From positions 24,428,001-24,492,000 of the forward strand of contig NC_043007.1 of the NCBI RefSeq assembly GCF_006345805.1: DNA of 64,000 nt, in the 5' to 3' direction. The stretch comes from Octopus sinensis (lineage: Eukaryota). Positions 11,769-24,470 of the stretch are shown here, piece after piece. The notes beneath the pieces are model-generated. The model had not been told where the DNA came from. It did not search any database and saw only the letters and a program-made list of their open reading frames with translations. Both the position numbers and the translations under genes were made by a program. Every line of letters begins with the position of its first letter. Position 1 is the first letter of the stretch.

Positions 11769-13092
11769 TACTGAGTTCAATCTCATCAGTGTTTGGGCTC
11801 AAAAGGTCTCTGTATCTAAGGTCCAACTGTTTTGAGACAATGGGAAACCTCTCCAATTGATGAGAGATGCTGGTGTCACAGTCTTTTTAATGTGTGAGGG
11901 TCAATAACATGATAACCAGTGGGATTTGAAGTTCTAGGTGGAATTTGGACTCAGAGTACCGTGGTTGTCTAAAACGAATGGAAAACAAATCTAAAGATGT
12001 TGCTCCAGTGGGGGCTTCACTGCAATGGCTGAAACAAACTAAAAATTAGCTAAAGGCAGTGCTCTAGTATGACCTCAGCCGTTGTGATTTAAATTAAAGA
12101 AAAGAAACAAAGAAACAAAAATTTGAAAGGCAGTACTCTAGAATGGCCTTAGCTAAAGTGGTTAAGATGAATAAAAATAAAATGATAAAGGAGGGGGAGG
12201 GTTGTAAATGAACCAAAAAGGATTCTGTAAAGAAGTGAATAGATGGGAGAGAGAGGGGAGGAGGGAGGGAGAGCGGGAAGGAAAGGAAGAAAAGGAAAGA
12301 GGGGAAAAAGAGGAAGCGAAAGAGATAGAGAGTAGGAGTAAGAGGGGAAGGGAGAGAGAGAGAGAAAAAGGAAGAGTAAAGGGGAGAAGAGAGGGAATGA
12401 GAGAGGGGAAAGGGAGATAGTGGGAGTTAGAAAGATATTTAATTTAGAGGAAGAAGGAAGAATTAAGTTTCAGAGTTTCAGCTCATGTCTTGGAAAAATG
12501 GAACTGAAAACAACAGGCATTGGTTAAACATAATAGTGGAAGAAGAATTCAATTATAACAACAACAACAACAACAAAATAATAATAATAATCCAACACCC
12601 ACTCCACCCCAGCAGCAACAGCAGCAGGGCTTGAAGAAAGACCAATAAAGAAAGACCAGTAAAGAAATCCTTATGAAATAATGTAATATTCTGAAAGGGA
12701 AAACCCCTAAGCTGGTTTGGTGATGGTGGTAGAGAAAAAGGAAGATGGTAACAGTAGTCGTGATGATATGGTTTTAAGATTTCTATAGAAATGAAATGTA
12801 ACTGATTCCAGAAGACAGTACAGAGCATTGTAACAGAATTTACATAATAGATGACCAATGGCAGAAAGATGCTATAATTTAGAAAATCTAATAAAAAAAG
12901 CAGCAATGTAAGCAAAAATTTCCCAACTATCTTTTTAAAAAAATCATGAATTTGTTTTCAAAAACTTCCACACATTTTCAAAATTTATCTTTCCTAAAAC
13001 CAGGACTGAATAGTCATAGCTTGAATGTATTTAATTATAAACCTGCTTGGTCAAGGCAAATTTGAGCTTGAATAACAGCAATATAATGAAAT

Positions 13093-13390
13093 AGTGGAGG
13101 CACATGGCCTAGTGGTTAGAGCAACGGACTCGCGGTCGAGGGATCGCGGGTTCGAATCTCAGACTGGGCAATGTGTGTGTTTATGAGCGAAACACCTAAG
13201 CTCCATGCAGCTCCAGCAGAAGGTAATGGCGAACTTCTGCTGACTCTTTCCACCACAACTTTCTCTCACTCTTTCCTCCTGCATCTAGCAGCTCACCTGC
13301 GACAGACCGGCGTCCCGTCCAGGTGGGGAACCCATACGCCAAGGAAACTGGGAAACCGGCCCTTATGAGCCAGGCATGGCTTGAGAAGGA

Positions 13391-13391
<1 letters not shown>
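13093..13391 (+). mobile_element. SINE family D (tRNA head, Meta/V-domain-like core)
   Basis: A box TGGCCTAGTGG and B box GGTTCGAATC; core CCTGCGA..GAC.GGCGTCCC.TCCAGG...GGAAAC.GGG; target-site duplication (TSD) atataatgaaat at 13081-13092 and 13417-13428. Confidence 0.9.
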
Positions 13392-13421
<30 letters not shown>

Positions 13422-13893
13422 ATGAAATGGAGACTGAAGATGAAAGGAATCAGTAAGAATGTAATAATTTCCTGTTGCCTTTTCAGATATTCAACAAAAG
13501 ACAAAAAATTGCGTCAAAATGTAGACATGGAAAGAAGGATCTGCTAGAGATCTTCTAATGACAAACAGTACAACACCAGAGATCTTATGATATTTAATAG
13601 AGTCAACAGAATAATGATAACAACTATAGTAGCAACTCCAAACAAGATTTTAACCCAACCAGCAATGGGATAGAATCATATATGATTGATTGATTCTAGT
13701 TTCAGCTCACAAGCTGTGGCCATGCTGGGGCACCACCATATATGCTAACAAGAGATGACATAATCTTTTTCATCATTTAAATAACTGGAACTTCAAGACA
13801 GGACTAATGAGAGCAGAGGAAGCAGAGGTGCATTACACTAGGGTCAAGGAATTTCATGGGATCTCAGAAAATATCTACACACACACATGTGTT

Positions 13894-14295
13894 TCTCTTT
13901 TTCTCTTTTACTTGTTTCAGTTATTTGACTGTGGCCATGCTGGAGCACCACCTTTAGTCGAGCAAATCGACCCCAGGACTTATTCTTTGGAAGCCTAGTA
14001 CTTATTCTATCGGTCTCTTTTGCCGAACCGCTAAGTTACGGGGATGTAAACACACCAGCATCGGTTGTAAAGCAATGTTGGAAGAGGGGGGGCAAACACA
14101 TACACACATATATATATACATATACATATATACGACGGGCTTCTTTCAGTTTCCGTCTACCAAATCCACTCACAAGGTTTTGGTCAGCCCGAGGCTATAG
14201 TAGAATACGCTTGCTCAAGGTGCCATGCGGTGGGATTGAACCCAGAAACATGTGGTTGCTAAGCAAGATACTTACCACACAGCCACTCCTGCGCC
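13894..14295 (-). mobile_element. SINE family A, full length
   Basis: Reverse-complement match to 20553-20969. Confidence 0.9.
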
Positions 14296-14579
14296 TATAT
14301 CTATAAAATTTTTAAAATTTTATATTTTTATATTCTTACATTCTAAATACAGAAAAGCTTTCTAAAACATTGTAAATATTTTACATAAGAAATTTCAAAA
14401 CAGAAAAATATTTCTTTACACAATTTAGTTACTCAAAATAAAGAAGAAAAGAAAGAGAAAATTGTTCAAGAATCTAAGGAATAAAACTAAACATCTTATG
14501 AAAATGTTCTCTCTTCGAAACTACTGACAACTGAAGGTATCGTGCACTTTGTCTGTCTCTCACTCCCTTTGTATCTCCG

Positions 14580-14688
14580 TGTGTATGTGTTTGTATGTAC
14601 ACATTTGTATGTATATATGTATGTATGTATGCATGCATGCATGCATATGTGCATATATATATATATGTATGTATGCATGCATATGTGC

Positions 14689-14736
<48 letters not shown>

Positions 14737-14758
14737 TATATGTATGCATGCATGCATA

Positions 14759-14798
<40 letters not shown>

Positions 14799-14806
14799 CA
14801 TGCATA

Positions 14807-14856
<50 letters not shown>

Positions 14857-14928
14857 TATGTATGTATGCATGCATATGTGCGTGCATATATATATACATA
14901 TATGTATGTATGTATGTATGTATGTATA

Positions 14929-14989
<61 letters not shown>

Positions 14990-15157
14990 AATATATATAC
15001 ATATACACACATATATATATATATAATACACATATACATATATATACATATACATATATATACATATATATAAATACACATATACATATACATATATACA
15101 TATACATATATATACATATATATACATATACATATATATATACATATATATATATAC

Positions 15158-15228
<71 letters not shown>

Positions 15229-15230
15229 CA
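14580..15230. repeat. Compound (TA)/(CATA)/(TGCA) microsatellite
   Basis: Directly visible in the sequence. Confidence 0.95.
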
Positions 15231-15664
15231 GGTATGTATTTGTCGATGTGTAAATATGTATGCAACTGTATGTATGGCATGTGTCTGAATGCAAATGTGC
15301 ATATCTGCACATGTGCATGTGCGCTAATGATAACAAAAACCTTTTTATTCAACCCAGATGCATAATCTAGTTTCTAAAATATTTCATCACAGATAACAAT
15401 CAAATGAAAGAAAACTTAATATCCTTCACCCACCACCACCACCACCACCACCTACAAAGTTATGAGCTAATTATACGGGGGGGGGGGAAACTAAATTGAT
15501 CCTTTATAGATTTTTCCAATGAGCGTTCAGTTATTCAATCAAAAGAACTACCAAAGGCAAGAGAATTAGCAGAACTGTTATTAGAGTGTTGGATACAATG
15601 TCTCAGAATATTACTTCTAACTCTCGATGTTGTAAGTTCAAATTCCACCAAGGTCATCTTCATT

Positions 15665-15890
15665 CTTTTATTACTTTTTTTTAAAGTCTTTGGGTTACAG
15701 CCATGCTGGGGCATCACCTTGAAGGGTTTTAGTCGAATGAAACAACCCCAGTGGTAATTTTTTTTTAATTTTTGTAAGCCTGGTACTTAATTCTATCAGA
15801 CTCTTCTGCTGAACCACTAAGCTACAGGGATGTAAACAAACCAACTCCAGCTGTCAAGTGGGAGTGGGGGACAAACACCAAAGCACACAC
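15665..15890 (-). mobile_element. SINE family A, 3' part
   Basis: Contains the gccatgctggggca tail and ttctatc...gaaccactaag...gtaaacaaaccaac. Confidence 0.75.
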
Positions 15891-16039
15891 AAGGTCAGGT
15901 TAGGTACTGGCAACAAGACAGGTGCCAAGCTACATCGGCCAAGTTTATGATATGGAGAGGAGACATTTGCACATATAGGCAACTGCTAGTCTTTCTAAAA
16001 GATAGTCTTGCTCAAGCCAGGTATGGGTGTTTGGTTAAG

Positions 16040-17545
16040 CAGTTTCCTGGCCTCCTCAAACACTTTCACTCAACGCCACACTTTTGTTTACCACCCAGCT
16101 CAGTCAGAAGCCAGGGTTTCTATGGCCTTTGGATCCATTCCAGTGACTTCATGGTAGTCCTTATGTCGTCCTTAAACCTCATTTTAGGTTTACACTGATT
16201 GCATTTTCCCTCTGTAAGCTCACCATAAAGCAGCTGTTTGGGTGTACGTTCACCTGCCATTTGCACATTTCCTTTGGTTTTACAGAATCATTGATTTAAT
16301 TGAAGTGATGCCTGAAGACGCAAAGACATCTGTGTCTGGAGTAAAAAGCCTCATTTAATGTTTAAAATTTCTTTCATAACACATCCATATTCCAGAAGAA
16401 TAAAGCAGGGATGGTAAGACAAACAATTTGCAAAGAGCCAATTTTGTGCTATTATTTATGTCATTGACGCCAAACATGTGACTCCAAATCACCAAATGTT
16501 TGTGCTGCTCTTTGAATTTGCAGATGTATTTCTGTGTCCAGATTTTCATCATTTTGTACAGAGCTTCCAAGGTAAATGAAAGAGTCAAGTAACTAACCCT
16601 TAACAAAAATTCTAGTGGGGTTGCAAACAGCATCATGTGCAAGTTGAAATATTGCAACTGTTTTTTTTTTCAGGTTGATGGTCAATCCCAAATCATCACA
16701 AGCTGTGTCAAATGCAGATACAAGAGATTGCAGGCCCATTTCTGAGTGACCAACTAGATCGTAATCGTCAAGCATTTAAGAGTCCTCTAATGAGTGAAAT
16801 AGAAACCTTTGTTTTGAATTTCAGTTTGGTCAGATTAAAAACATTCCCTGTTGTTCGGTATTTTATGTAAACATCCTACTTGGAGTTTTGAAAAGTGTGT
16901 GACAGCACAACAGCAAAATATATTGCAAAGAGGGTGGGTGCATCAAGGCATCTGCTTTACTCCATTTTCCATGGCAAAAGATTCAGAGAGCCTACCACTA
17001 AAATTAACTCTAGCCTTCGTATCTTGATGCAAAGCCCTGATCATGTTTGTAAATTCTTCTGGATAACCTATTTTCTTTAAGATTAGCCACAGAGCATGCC
17101 AAATGCCATGCTTAAATCAACAAAGCAACGGTATAGGGCAAAATTCTGTTCAATACACTTTTCTTACAATTGCTTGATACTAAATATACAATCAACTGTG
17201 CCCCTGGAGGAGTGAAAATCATATTGAGACTCAGACACTATATTTGGAACCATGAAGGTAATTAAAGGTTCTAACAGAATGCAGGCAAGTACCTTTCCAA
17301 CTACAGACAAAAGCGAAATCCCATGAAAATTACCACATAGATCCTTTGGCCCCAATTTATACAAGGAGACTAAAATGGCATCAATCCAGTCTTGAGGCAC
17401 TTCCTCAGTTCTCCAACAGTGATAAATTTAGATATTTAAGTGTTCAAATATTTTGTCACCCCCATATTTCAAGACCTCAGCACAGATTCTATCAGTCCCT
17501 GGAGGATTATTGTTATTCAACTTATTCACAGCTAAATAAATGTCA
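16040..17545 (-). mobile_element. Decayed RTE-clade LINE, reverse transcriptase region
   Basis: Broken frames give PQDWIDAILVSLYK..KDLCGNFHGISLLSVVGKVLACILL, ESQYDFHSSRGTVDCIFSIKQL, LDDYDLVGHSEMGLQSLVSAFDTACDDLGLTINLKK, VLPSLLYSSGIW and RTPKQLLYGEL. Confidence 0.92.
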
Positions 17546-17567
17546 TGTATGTATGTATGTATGTAAG

Positions 17568-17790
17568 GGCAGGTATGACTGTGTGGTAAGAAGTTTGTTT
17601 CCCAACCCAATCACATGGTTTTGGGTTCAGTCCCACTGCATGGCACCTTGGGCAAGTGTCTTCTATTATAGCTTTGGATATGGTACACAGAAGCTGAAAG
17701 AAACCCATTGTGTATATATATTCATATATTCTATGTGTGTGTGTCTTTGTGTCTGTGTTTGTCCCCCCATCACCGTTTCACAACTGGTGA
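17568..17790 (+). mobile_element. SINE family A, 5' part
   Basis: gtgtggtaag...gggttcagtcccactg...ccttgggcaagtgtcttc. Confidence 0.8.
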
Positions 17791-18314
17791 TGGGGGGGGG
17801 ACATCGTGTTTCTTTTTGTCATTGTCCTGTATGTTCATTAGCTATTCCCAGGGGCTTTTCATCACTGGTGCCACCAAAAATCAACAATATTAATATTAAA
17901 GGTGCAAAATTGTAAGGAGCTTTTAGACGTTGACTAATGAGGAATTAGCTACTAATCTTTCATTCGTTATGGTTTTGTTAAATTTTCCATTTGTTGTGTT
18001 TTGTCAAATTTTTAAATGTGTGTGTGTGTGTGTGTGTGTATGGATCATGGGTTCACAGAATCTTTCAGACTATCAGATGCTGTTATACAATGCATCATAT
18101 TTTTTTGCTTTTGAATGATGTCACTCTGCTGGCTTGAGAAGCAGGCCAACATTCTATCTGATCGGAAAGCTAATCCATTGCAGGATTATCCATTTACAGA
18201 AATGAAGGGTTTTGCTCAATACATTCCTTGGTTTGGGAATTGAACCCATAATCTGGCAATTGTGAGTGTAACACATTAATTACTAGATAACACACCGTCA
18301 CACACACAAAGATC

Positions 18315-18533
18315 ATCATCATCATCATCGTTTAATGTCCACTTTCCATGCTAGCATGGGCTGGACGAATGACTGAGGACTGGCGAACCAGATAGCTGCG
18401 CCAGGCTCCAATCTTGATCTGGCAGAGTTTCTACAGTTGGATGCCCTTCCTAATGCCAACTACTCCGAGAGTGTAGTGGGTGCTTTTTACATGCAACCGG
18501 CATGGGGGCCAGTCAGGCGATGCTGGCAACAAT
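18315..18533 (-). mobile_element. SINE-like family C with (GAT)n tail (probably RTE-mobilised)
   Basis: Reverse-complement match to 36990-37224; motifs catgctagcatg and ggatgcccttcctaa. Confidence 0.8.
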
Positions 18534-18625
18534 CAGGTGCACATACAAACATGCAGACATATGAATACACATACACACACTCTAACCCCTCATACACAGA
18601 TACATACATACTACATACATACATA

Positions 18626-19008
18626 GATCATAGAGGTCAGCGACCCTGCAGATATAAATATCTCTTTGAAAATCAAAGAAAAAGAGGACATCTATGGATA
18701 ACTGCTTTGAAATCTCCGGCTTCTATATCCAGGCTATGAATTCATATTCATACCAATAGTAATTGGAGTACTAGGTTTTGTTAGTAAATGCTTAAAGGAG
18801 AATCTGGATAAACTGGGATTTTCAGAAAGAGAAATTAACTGGCATATTCACACATTACAAGTGCAATCTGTGAGTGGAACAGTAAATATATGCAAGACTT
18901 TTCTCAAGTTCCAAATGTAAATTCTTCTGTGATGGAACCATGTATCTCTGTTGGAAACTGGCTCCCTCCTCAGTGGAAGATTTATAATAATTAAAAAAAT
19001 AGAAAAGA
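18626..19008 (+). mobile_element. 5'-truncated R4/Dong-type (RLE) non-LTR retrotransposon, family 1
   Basis: Translates IEVSDPADINISLKIKEKEDIYG*LL*NLRLLYPGYEFIFIPIVIGVLGFVSKCLKENLDKLGFS...QVQSVSGTVNICKTFLKFQM* (stop 18918-18920); flanked by (CATA)n. Confidence 0.85.
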
Positions 19009-19017
19009 CATACATAC

Positions 19018-20004
19018 AAAAATACCCTGTTGATGATGTTGAAATTCCAATGAATGAGCCTTGGACTTAGGTTCTTCTATTGGCTAGAAATCTTGAAATA
19101 AACTGAATAATGACATACATACATTGAAGACCCCAATAAAATGTAAGCACAACAGACCTGATATAATGATTTGGGATAGAGAAAAGAAACTGTGTACAGT
19201 TGTGGAAATTAGCTGCCCAGAGGATGTTAACATAAAGCTGAAGATCAGTGAAAGAGAGAGCACCTATGCTGAACTATTGAGAAATCTGCACTTACTCTAA
19301 CCAGATTACAAGTTCAGGTTGGTACCTGTAATTATTGGGGCCCTAGGATATGTAACACACTGCCTAAACACCAAGCTTGAGAATTTAGGCTTCTCAAAAC
19401 CAAAAAGGAGAAAGTTAATTCGAAGAATACAGATCCAATCCATCACTGGAACTGCAAAAATCTGTAAAACTTTCCAGAAGTTTATCATTTAAATATATAT
19501 GAGCATGTCTATATATGCAACTATATGCATGAGAATACATACATTTTTGCATACATATATGCATACATACATACATACATACATACAAACAAACAAACAA
19601 AAATACCCTGTTGTTGGTGTTGAAATTCCAATGAAGAAGCTTTGGATCTAGGTTAGGAACTAGTTCTTTCTCTATTGGCAATAAATCTTGAAATAAACTG
19701 AATAATGACATACATACATACATACATACATACATACATACATACATACACACCATGTTGTCGATGTTGAAATTCCAATGAAAGAGCCTTGGACCTAGGT
19801 TCTTCTATTGGCAATAAATCTTGAAATAAACTGAATAATGACATACATACATACATACATACCTACATACATACATATATACATACATACATACATACAC
19901 ACCATGTTGTCGATGTTGAAATTCCAATGAAAGAGCCTTGGATCTAGGTGAGAAACTGGCTCTTTCTCCTTTGGCAAGTTATCTTGAAATAAACTGAATA
20001 ATGA
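19018..20004 (+). mobile_element. Four head-to-tail 3' ends of R4/Dong-type (RLE) retrotransposon family 2 (19018-19113, 19125-19708, 19751-19841, 19899-20004)
   Basis: The longest unit encodes KHNRPDIMIWDREKKLCTVVEISCP...VPVIIGALGYV...IQIQSITGTAKICKTFQKFII* (RPD-type restriction-like endonuclease; one internal stop). Every unit ends aatcttgaaataaactgaataatga (attatcttgaaata... variant in the last) followed by (CATA)n. Confidence 0.88.
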
Positions 20005-20376
20005 CATACATATATTTTACTCTAAGGTAATAAAATTTTTTTAATTTGGAATTTTAATTCTGTTTTCTTTTCCCTTTTCTATTTTGCAACGGAATTCTTC
20101 ACTGTCGTCACAGGAAATTGCTTTAAGTACGCTGATGATTGAAGCAGGCATATGCTAACACATATATGAATATGTATACAACACATACATATGTGCATAC
20201 ACACTAACATTCACACACATCTCACTGTTGTAGTCATTCGGTGAACTTTAATATAGATTGTGCTGGAAATTATAAAATGTAATTCAATTCCTAATTCGTT
20301 AGCTAAACCATATGATATAAACATATATGTCAGAAGATACACACACACACACACACCTGTATGTGTGTGTGTGTAG

Positions 20377-20440
<64 letters not shown>

Positions 20441-20552
20441 CATACATACATCCATATATATATATAATATATATGTCATCATCATCATCATTTAACATCT
20501 GCTTTCTATGCGGATACACACACACACACGTGTGTGTGTGTGTTTGTGCATA

Positions 20553-20969
20553 GGCGCAGGAGTGGCTGTGTGGTAAGTAGCTTGCTAACCAACCACATGG
20601 TTCCGGGTTCAGTCCCACTGCGTGGCATCTTGGGCAAGTGTCTTCTGCTATAGCCTCGGGCCGACCAAAGCCTTGTGAGTGAATTTGGTAGACGAAAACT
20701 GAAAGAAGCCTGTCGTATATATGTATATATATATATATGTATGTGTGTTTGTTTGTGTGTCTGTGTTTGTCCCCCTAGCATTGCTTGACGACCGATGCTG
20801 GTGTGTTTACGTCCCCGTCACTTAGCGGTTCGGCAAAAAGAGACCAATAGAATAAGTACTGGGCTTACAAAAAAAGAATAAGTCCCGGGGTCGAGTTGCT
20901 CGACTAAAGGCGGTGCTCCAGCATGGCCGCAGTCAAATGACTGAAACAAGTAAAAGAGTAAAAGAGTAA
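20553..20969 (+). mobile_element. SINE family A, full length (tRNA head, CORE-like cttgggcaagt motif, internal TA/TG microsatellite, CR1/L2-like tail)
   Basis: GGCGCAGGAGTGGCTGTGTGGTAAG...GGGTTCAGTCCC head; tail GGCGGTGCTCCAGCATGGCCGCAGTCAAATGACTGAAACAAG(TAAAAGAG)n. About 20 full or partial copies occur in the window. Confidence 0.92.
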
Positions 20970-21384
20970 TATCTATATATCATAATATATGTATATATAT
21001 GTATGTGTGCACACATACATGAATGTATGTATGCGTATATATATATATATATATATATATAGTAAATCCCCCCCAAAATGAGAAATAAACACAAGAAAAA
21101 ACAACAACGTGAGGACATAGTACATAGAAAGTATTAGCAAACTCTCAGAGAAAGAAAGAAAGGTAGGTTTTACGTTTCCAGCAAAGCTCTTCATCAGAAA
21201 CAGGAGACGGAGGAAAATAAACGCCAACGATTCACATATGGTTACATTTTAAAAAAAATGTACATATATATATATATACACCCACAAAAGAACACATATT
21301 TTTGCATGTGCTCGCACACAGATGTAGGTGTAAAATGAATGAAGAAAAACACTGAATGCATATTTTACTGGGGTAAAATATATG

Positions 21385-21700
21385 AAGCCCAGTATACCCA
21401 TCATGATTACCTATCTGATAGGGGTACACCAGGCACATGCATCACAACCATATGTGCACGACATGGTGATCTCATATCAAGATAAACAGCGCATGACATT
21501 GGAGGTGGGGCCCAGTTAGAATTTTCTTCTGGTCGAGTTGCCCATCTCGCTCAAAAGGTCCCTGAATAAGGATTGTTTAAGGATGCTGAATGAACCACCC
21601 ATGTTTCCAAAGGTGAATTATCCAAACCTCCAGAAATTCCTTTCAACACACGGCTATGATGCTCCCCCACTACTTCTGCTTGGTGATCAGAGATGCACAT
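21385..21700. mobile_element. Partial copy of a (TTA)n-flanked non-coding element
   Basis: Colinear with 43217-43523. Confidence 0.8.
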
Positions 21701-21718
21701 ATTATTATTATTATTATT

Positions 21719-21945
21719 CAGTAGTTTTATTTTTATAGCGTGCTTTCACTTCACTACCGAGCGCAGCTCTGTGTGCCTTGGGTATGTGCTGTGATTTGTT
21801 GTGATGCTCTGATGGTTATTGTATGGAAAGTGTTCTGCGTAGGATGTGTGCAGTGCCTAGTAGTGCAATTTTCTGTATGTTATATGTGTTTGTAAGTCCT
21901 GGTGTTTTTGTTATGTATTTGTCTGAATATTTTTTTATCATGCCT
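21719..21945 (-). mobile_element. 3' end of a Dong/R4-type retrotransposon inserted in (TAA)n
   Basis: Minus strand encodes GMIKKYSDKYITKTPGLTNTYNIQKIALLGTAHILRRTLSIQ* followed by a 3' UTR; (TTA)n on both sides. Confidence 0.85.
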
Positions 21946-22750
21946 TACTATTATTATTATTATTATTATTACTATTATTATCATTATTATACTAGTGCTT
22001 CGGGTTCTATTCCTAGCATGAGAACAATTTTTTTAAGGCTGCAAGCTGGCAGAATTGTTAGCATGCTGGACGAGATGCTTAACAGTATTTTGCCCATTGC
22101 TACGTTCTGAGTTCAAATTCTGCCTTTCATCCTTTCGAGTTGATAAATTAAGCAATGTAATTGACTAGTCACCTGCCCCCTCCCCCAATCTCAGGCCTTG
22201 TGCCTATAGTAGGAAGGATTATTATATATGTGTTTGTTTTGAAATTAAAATTGCAAAAAATCTGACTTTGTAAAAAATTTTGGGCCTGAGTTTGCAAGTA
22301 AGAAAATTTAGTTCCTGAACTTATGCTTCCAGGTGAGAATGGTTGTGAACCTCCATTTGTCAGTTCAAGTCATGGGTTAAAGATGACAAGCCAATGACAT
22401 TCTTGTTTGTCATTTCACCTGATGGAGGAAACAACCTAGCTAACCCTCAGCTGATTCTATCACACGTTGAAGTTGACAGGTCATCGACATCAGACAGAAA
22501 GATTATCCCTGTCACTTCTTATCCAACGGCAATGTTAATAATCAAGAACAATCGAGGTTACTCGCTGATGTGTTGCATATTGTGTGGTGGCATTTGTTGC
22601 AAGGTTTTAATAGTGATAAGCAGAACTGATGGTCAGTGGAAGAGGAACATTCTTATAAAGGGCAAGCTGAGTTTCTTTACCTTTCCTATATTGGTTTCAA
22701 ACTTTGGCACAAGGCCAGTAACATTGTGAGATCAGGTTCAACCCCAGTTA

Positions 22751-23186
22751 CTCTTTTTCCTTTTTCCTCTTTTACTTGTTTCAGTCATTTGACTGTGGCC
22801 ATGCTGGAGCACCACCTTTAGTCAAGCAAATCGCCCCCAGGACTTATTCTTCGTAAGCCTAGTACTTATTCTATCGGTCACTTTTGTCGAACCGCTAAGT
22901 TACAGGGACGTAAACACACCAGCATCGGTTGTCAAGCGATGTTGGGGGGGGGAGGGCAAACACAGACACAAACATACATGCATACACACACAAATATATA
23001 TATATATATATATATACATACATATATACGACGGGCTTCTTTGAGTTTCTGTCTACCAAATCCACTCACAAGGCTTTGGTCAGCCCAAGGCTATAGTAGA
23101 AGACACTTGCCCATGGTGCTACGCAGTGGGACTGAACCCGGAACCATGTGGTTGGTAATCAAGCTACTTACCACACAGCCACTCCT
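22751..23186 (-). mobile_element. SINE family A nested in an older family-B-like SINE (~22700-23330)
   Basis: The host sequence accccagtta...actggtacttatttt resumes after the insert. Confidence 0.88.
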
Positions 23187-24164
23187 ACTGGTACTTATTT
23201 TATTAACCCCCAAAAGAATTAAAGGCAAAGTTGACCTCGGAAGAATTTGAACTCAGGACGTTAATAATGGATGAAATGCTGCAAAGCATTTTGCCTGGTG
23301 TGCTAACTGTTCTGCCAGCTCACCACTTCATACCTCCCCTATACTGGATAGATAGAGTTATGGTGGTCTTTCTGGTGTCATAGCAACCAATGGTTTGAAA
23401 TTAATTAACAAGTGTTTGATTTATGATAAGAAAATGATAAGACAGATGATGAATATTACAGGATGCTGCAATATATATGTAGCTTCTCAGAAAGGCAGAG
23501 TTGGCAATTATGTGTTCCAGATGAATAAAGGCAGGTGATGGTGGTGGTGGGGTTTGGCTTGTCAAAGATGTTCTATATATTATTGAAGAACTTGCTTCCT
23601 TGGTCTCAGAATCTTCAAATGGTACTGGGCTGTAAACAAACCAACACCAGTTGTCAAGTAGGACAGAACAAACACAAACTCACGCACAAACGTACATATA
23701 TGTATACATGCAACAGGCTTCCATACAGTTTCCACCTACCAAATTCATGCACAAGTATTGGTTAGTCCAGGACTATAGTAAGAGAGACTAGCTTAAAGTG
23801 CTAGTCAGTGGAACTGAACCTGTGCTAACATGGTTATAAAGTGTGCTTTTGAACGACCCAGTTATGCAATCCCGATAAATTTTTAATATTTTCTCCATGT
23901 GATATTACATTTGGTAGAAGTGATGATAATCTGTACATCTGAGAGCATGTAAAATTTCACATATCGATAAATAAGAAAACGATAATTTAGTTCTTGTAAT
24001 ATCTCATGGAGTAGGATGAGGTAAATTTGGTTTTTGTATTATAATATCGAAAAGAGTGAAATGAAGATTATCTTATGTGATATCAAATACACATATTGAA
24101 TAAAGGGAAGATATTCCTCTGTGCTCATATTATCACTCACAGTAAAGTGATGATAATTTGGTGC

Positions 24165-24470
24165 TTGTGATGATGATACTGATGAAGAAGATGATGATGA
24201 TAATGGAGATAATGATGATAACAATGATGATGAAGATGAGCATGATAATGAGGATGATGATGAGGATGATAATGATGATGATGATGATGAAGACAACGAT
24301 TGCAGTGATGATGATGAATAAGATGATGATGATGATTATTGATGACAATGGTGATGACTATGTTGTTGATTGTGATGATAATTGTGATGATGATGATGAC
24401 AAAGACACCACTGATGATGACAATGATGATGACTACCATCACTACTACCATCACCACCATCATCCTCATT
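24165..24470. repeat. (GAT)n/(CAT/CAC)n microsatellite
   Basis: Directly visible in the sequence. Confidence 0.92.

Noticed and set aside
22394-22729. 111-aa ORF in unique sequence
   Set aside because: No recognisable domain, no convincing splice boundaries, and its end runs into a SINE.
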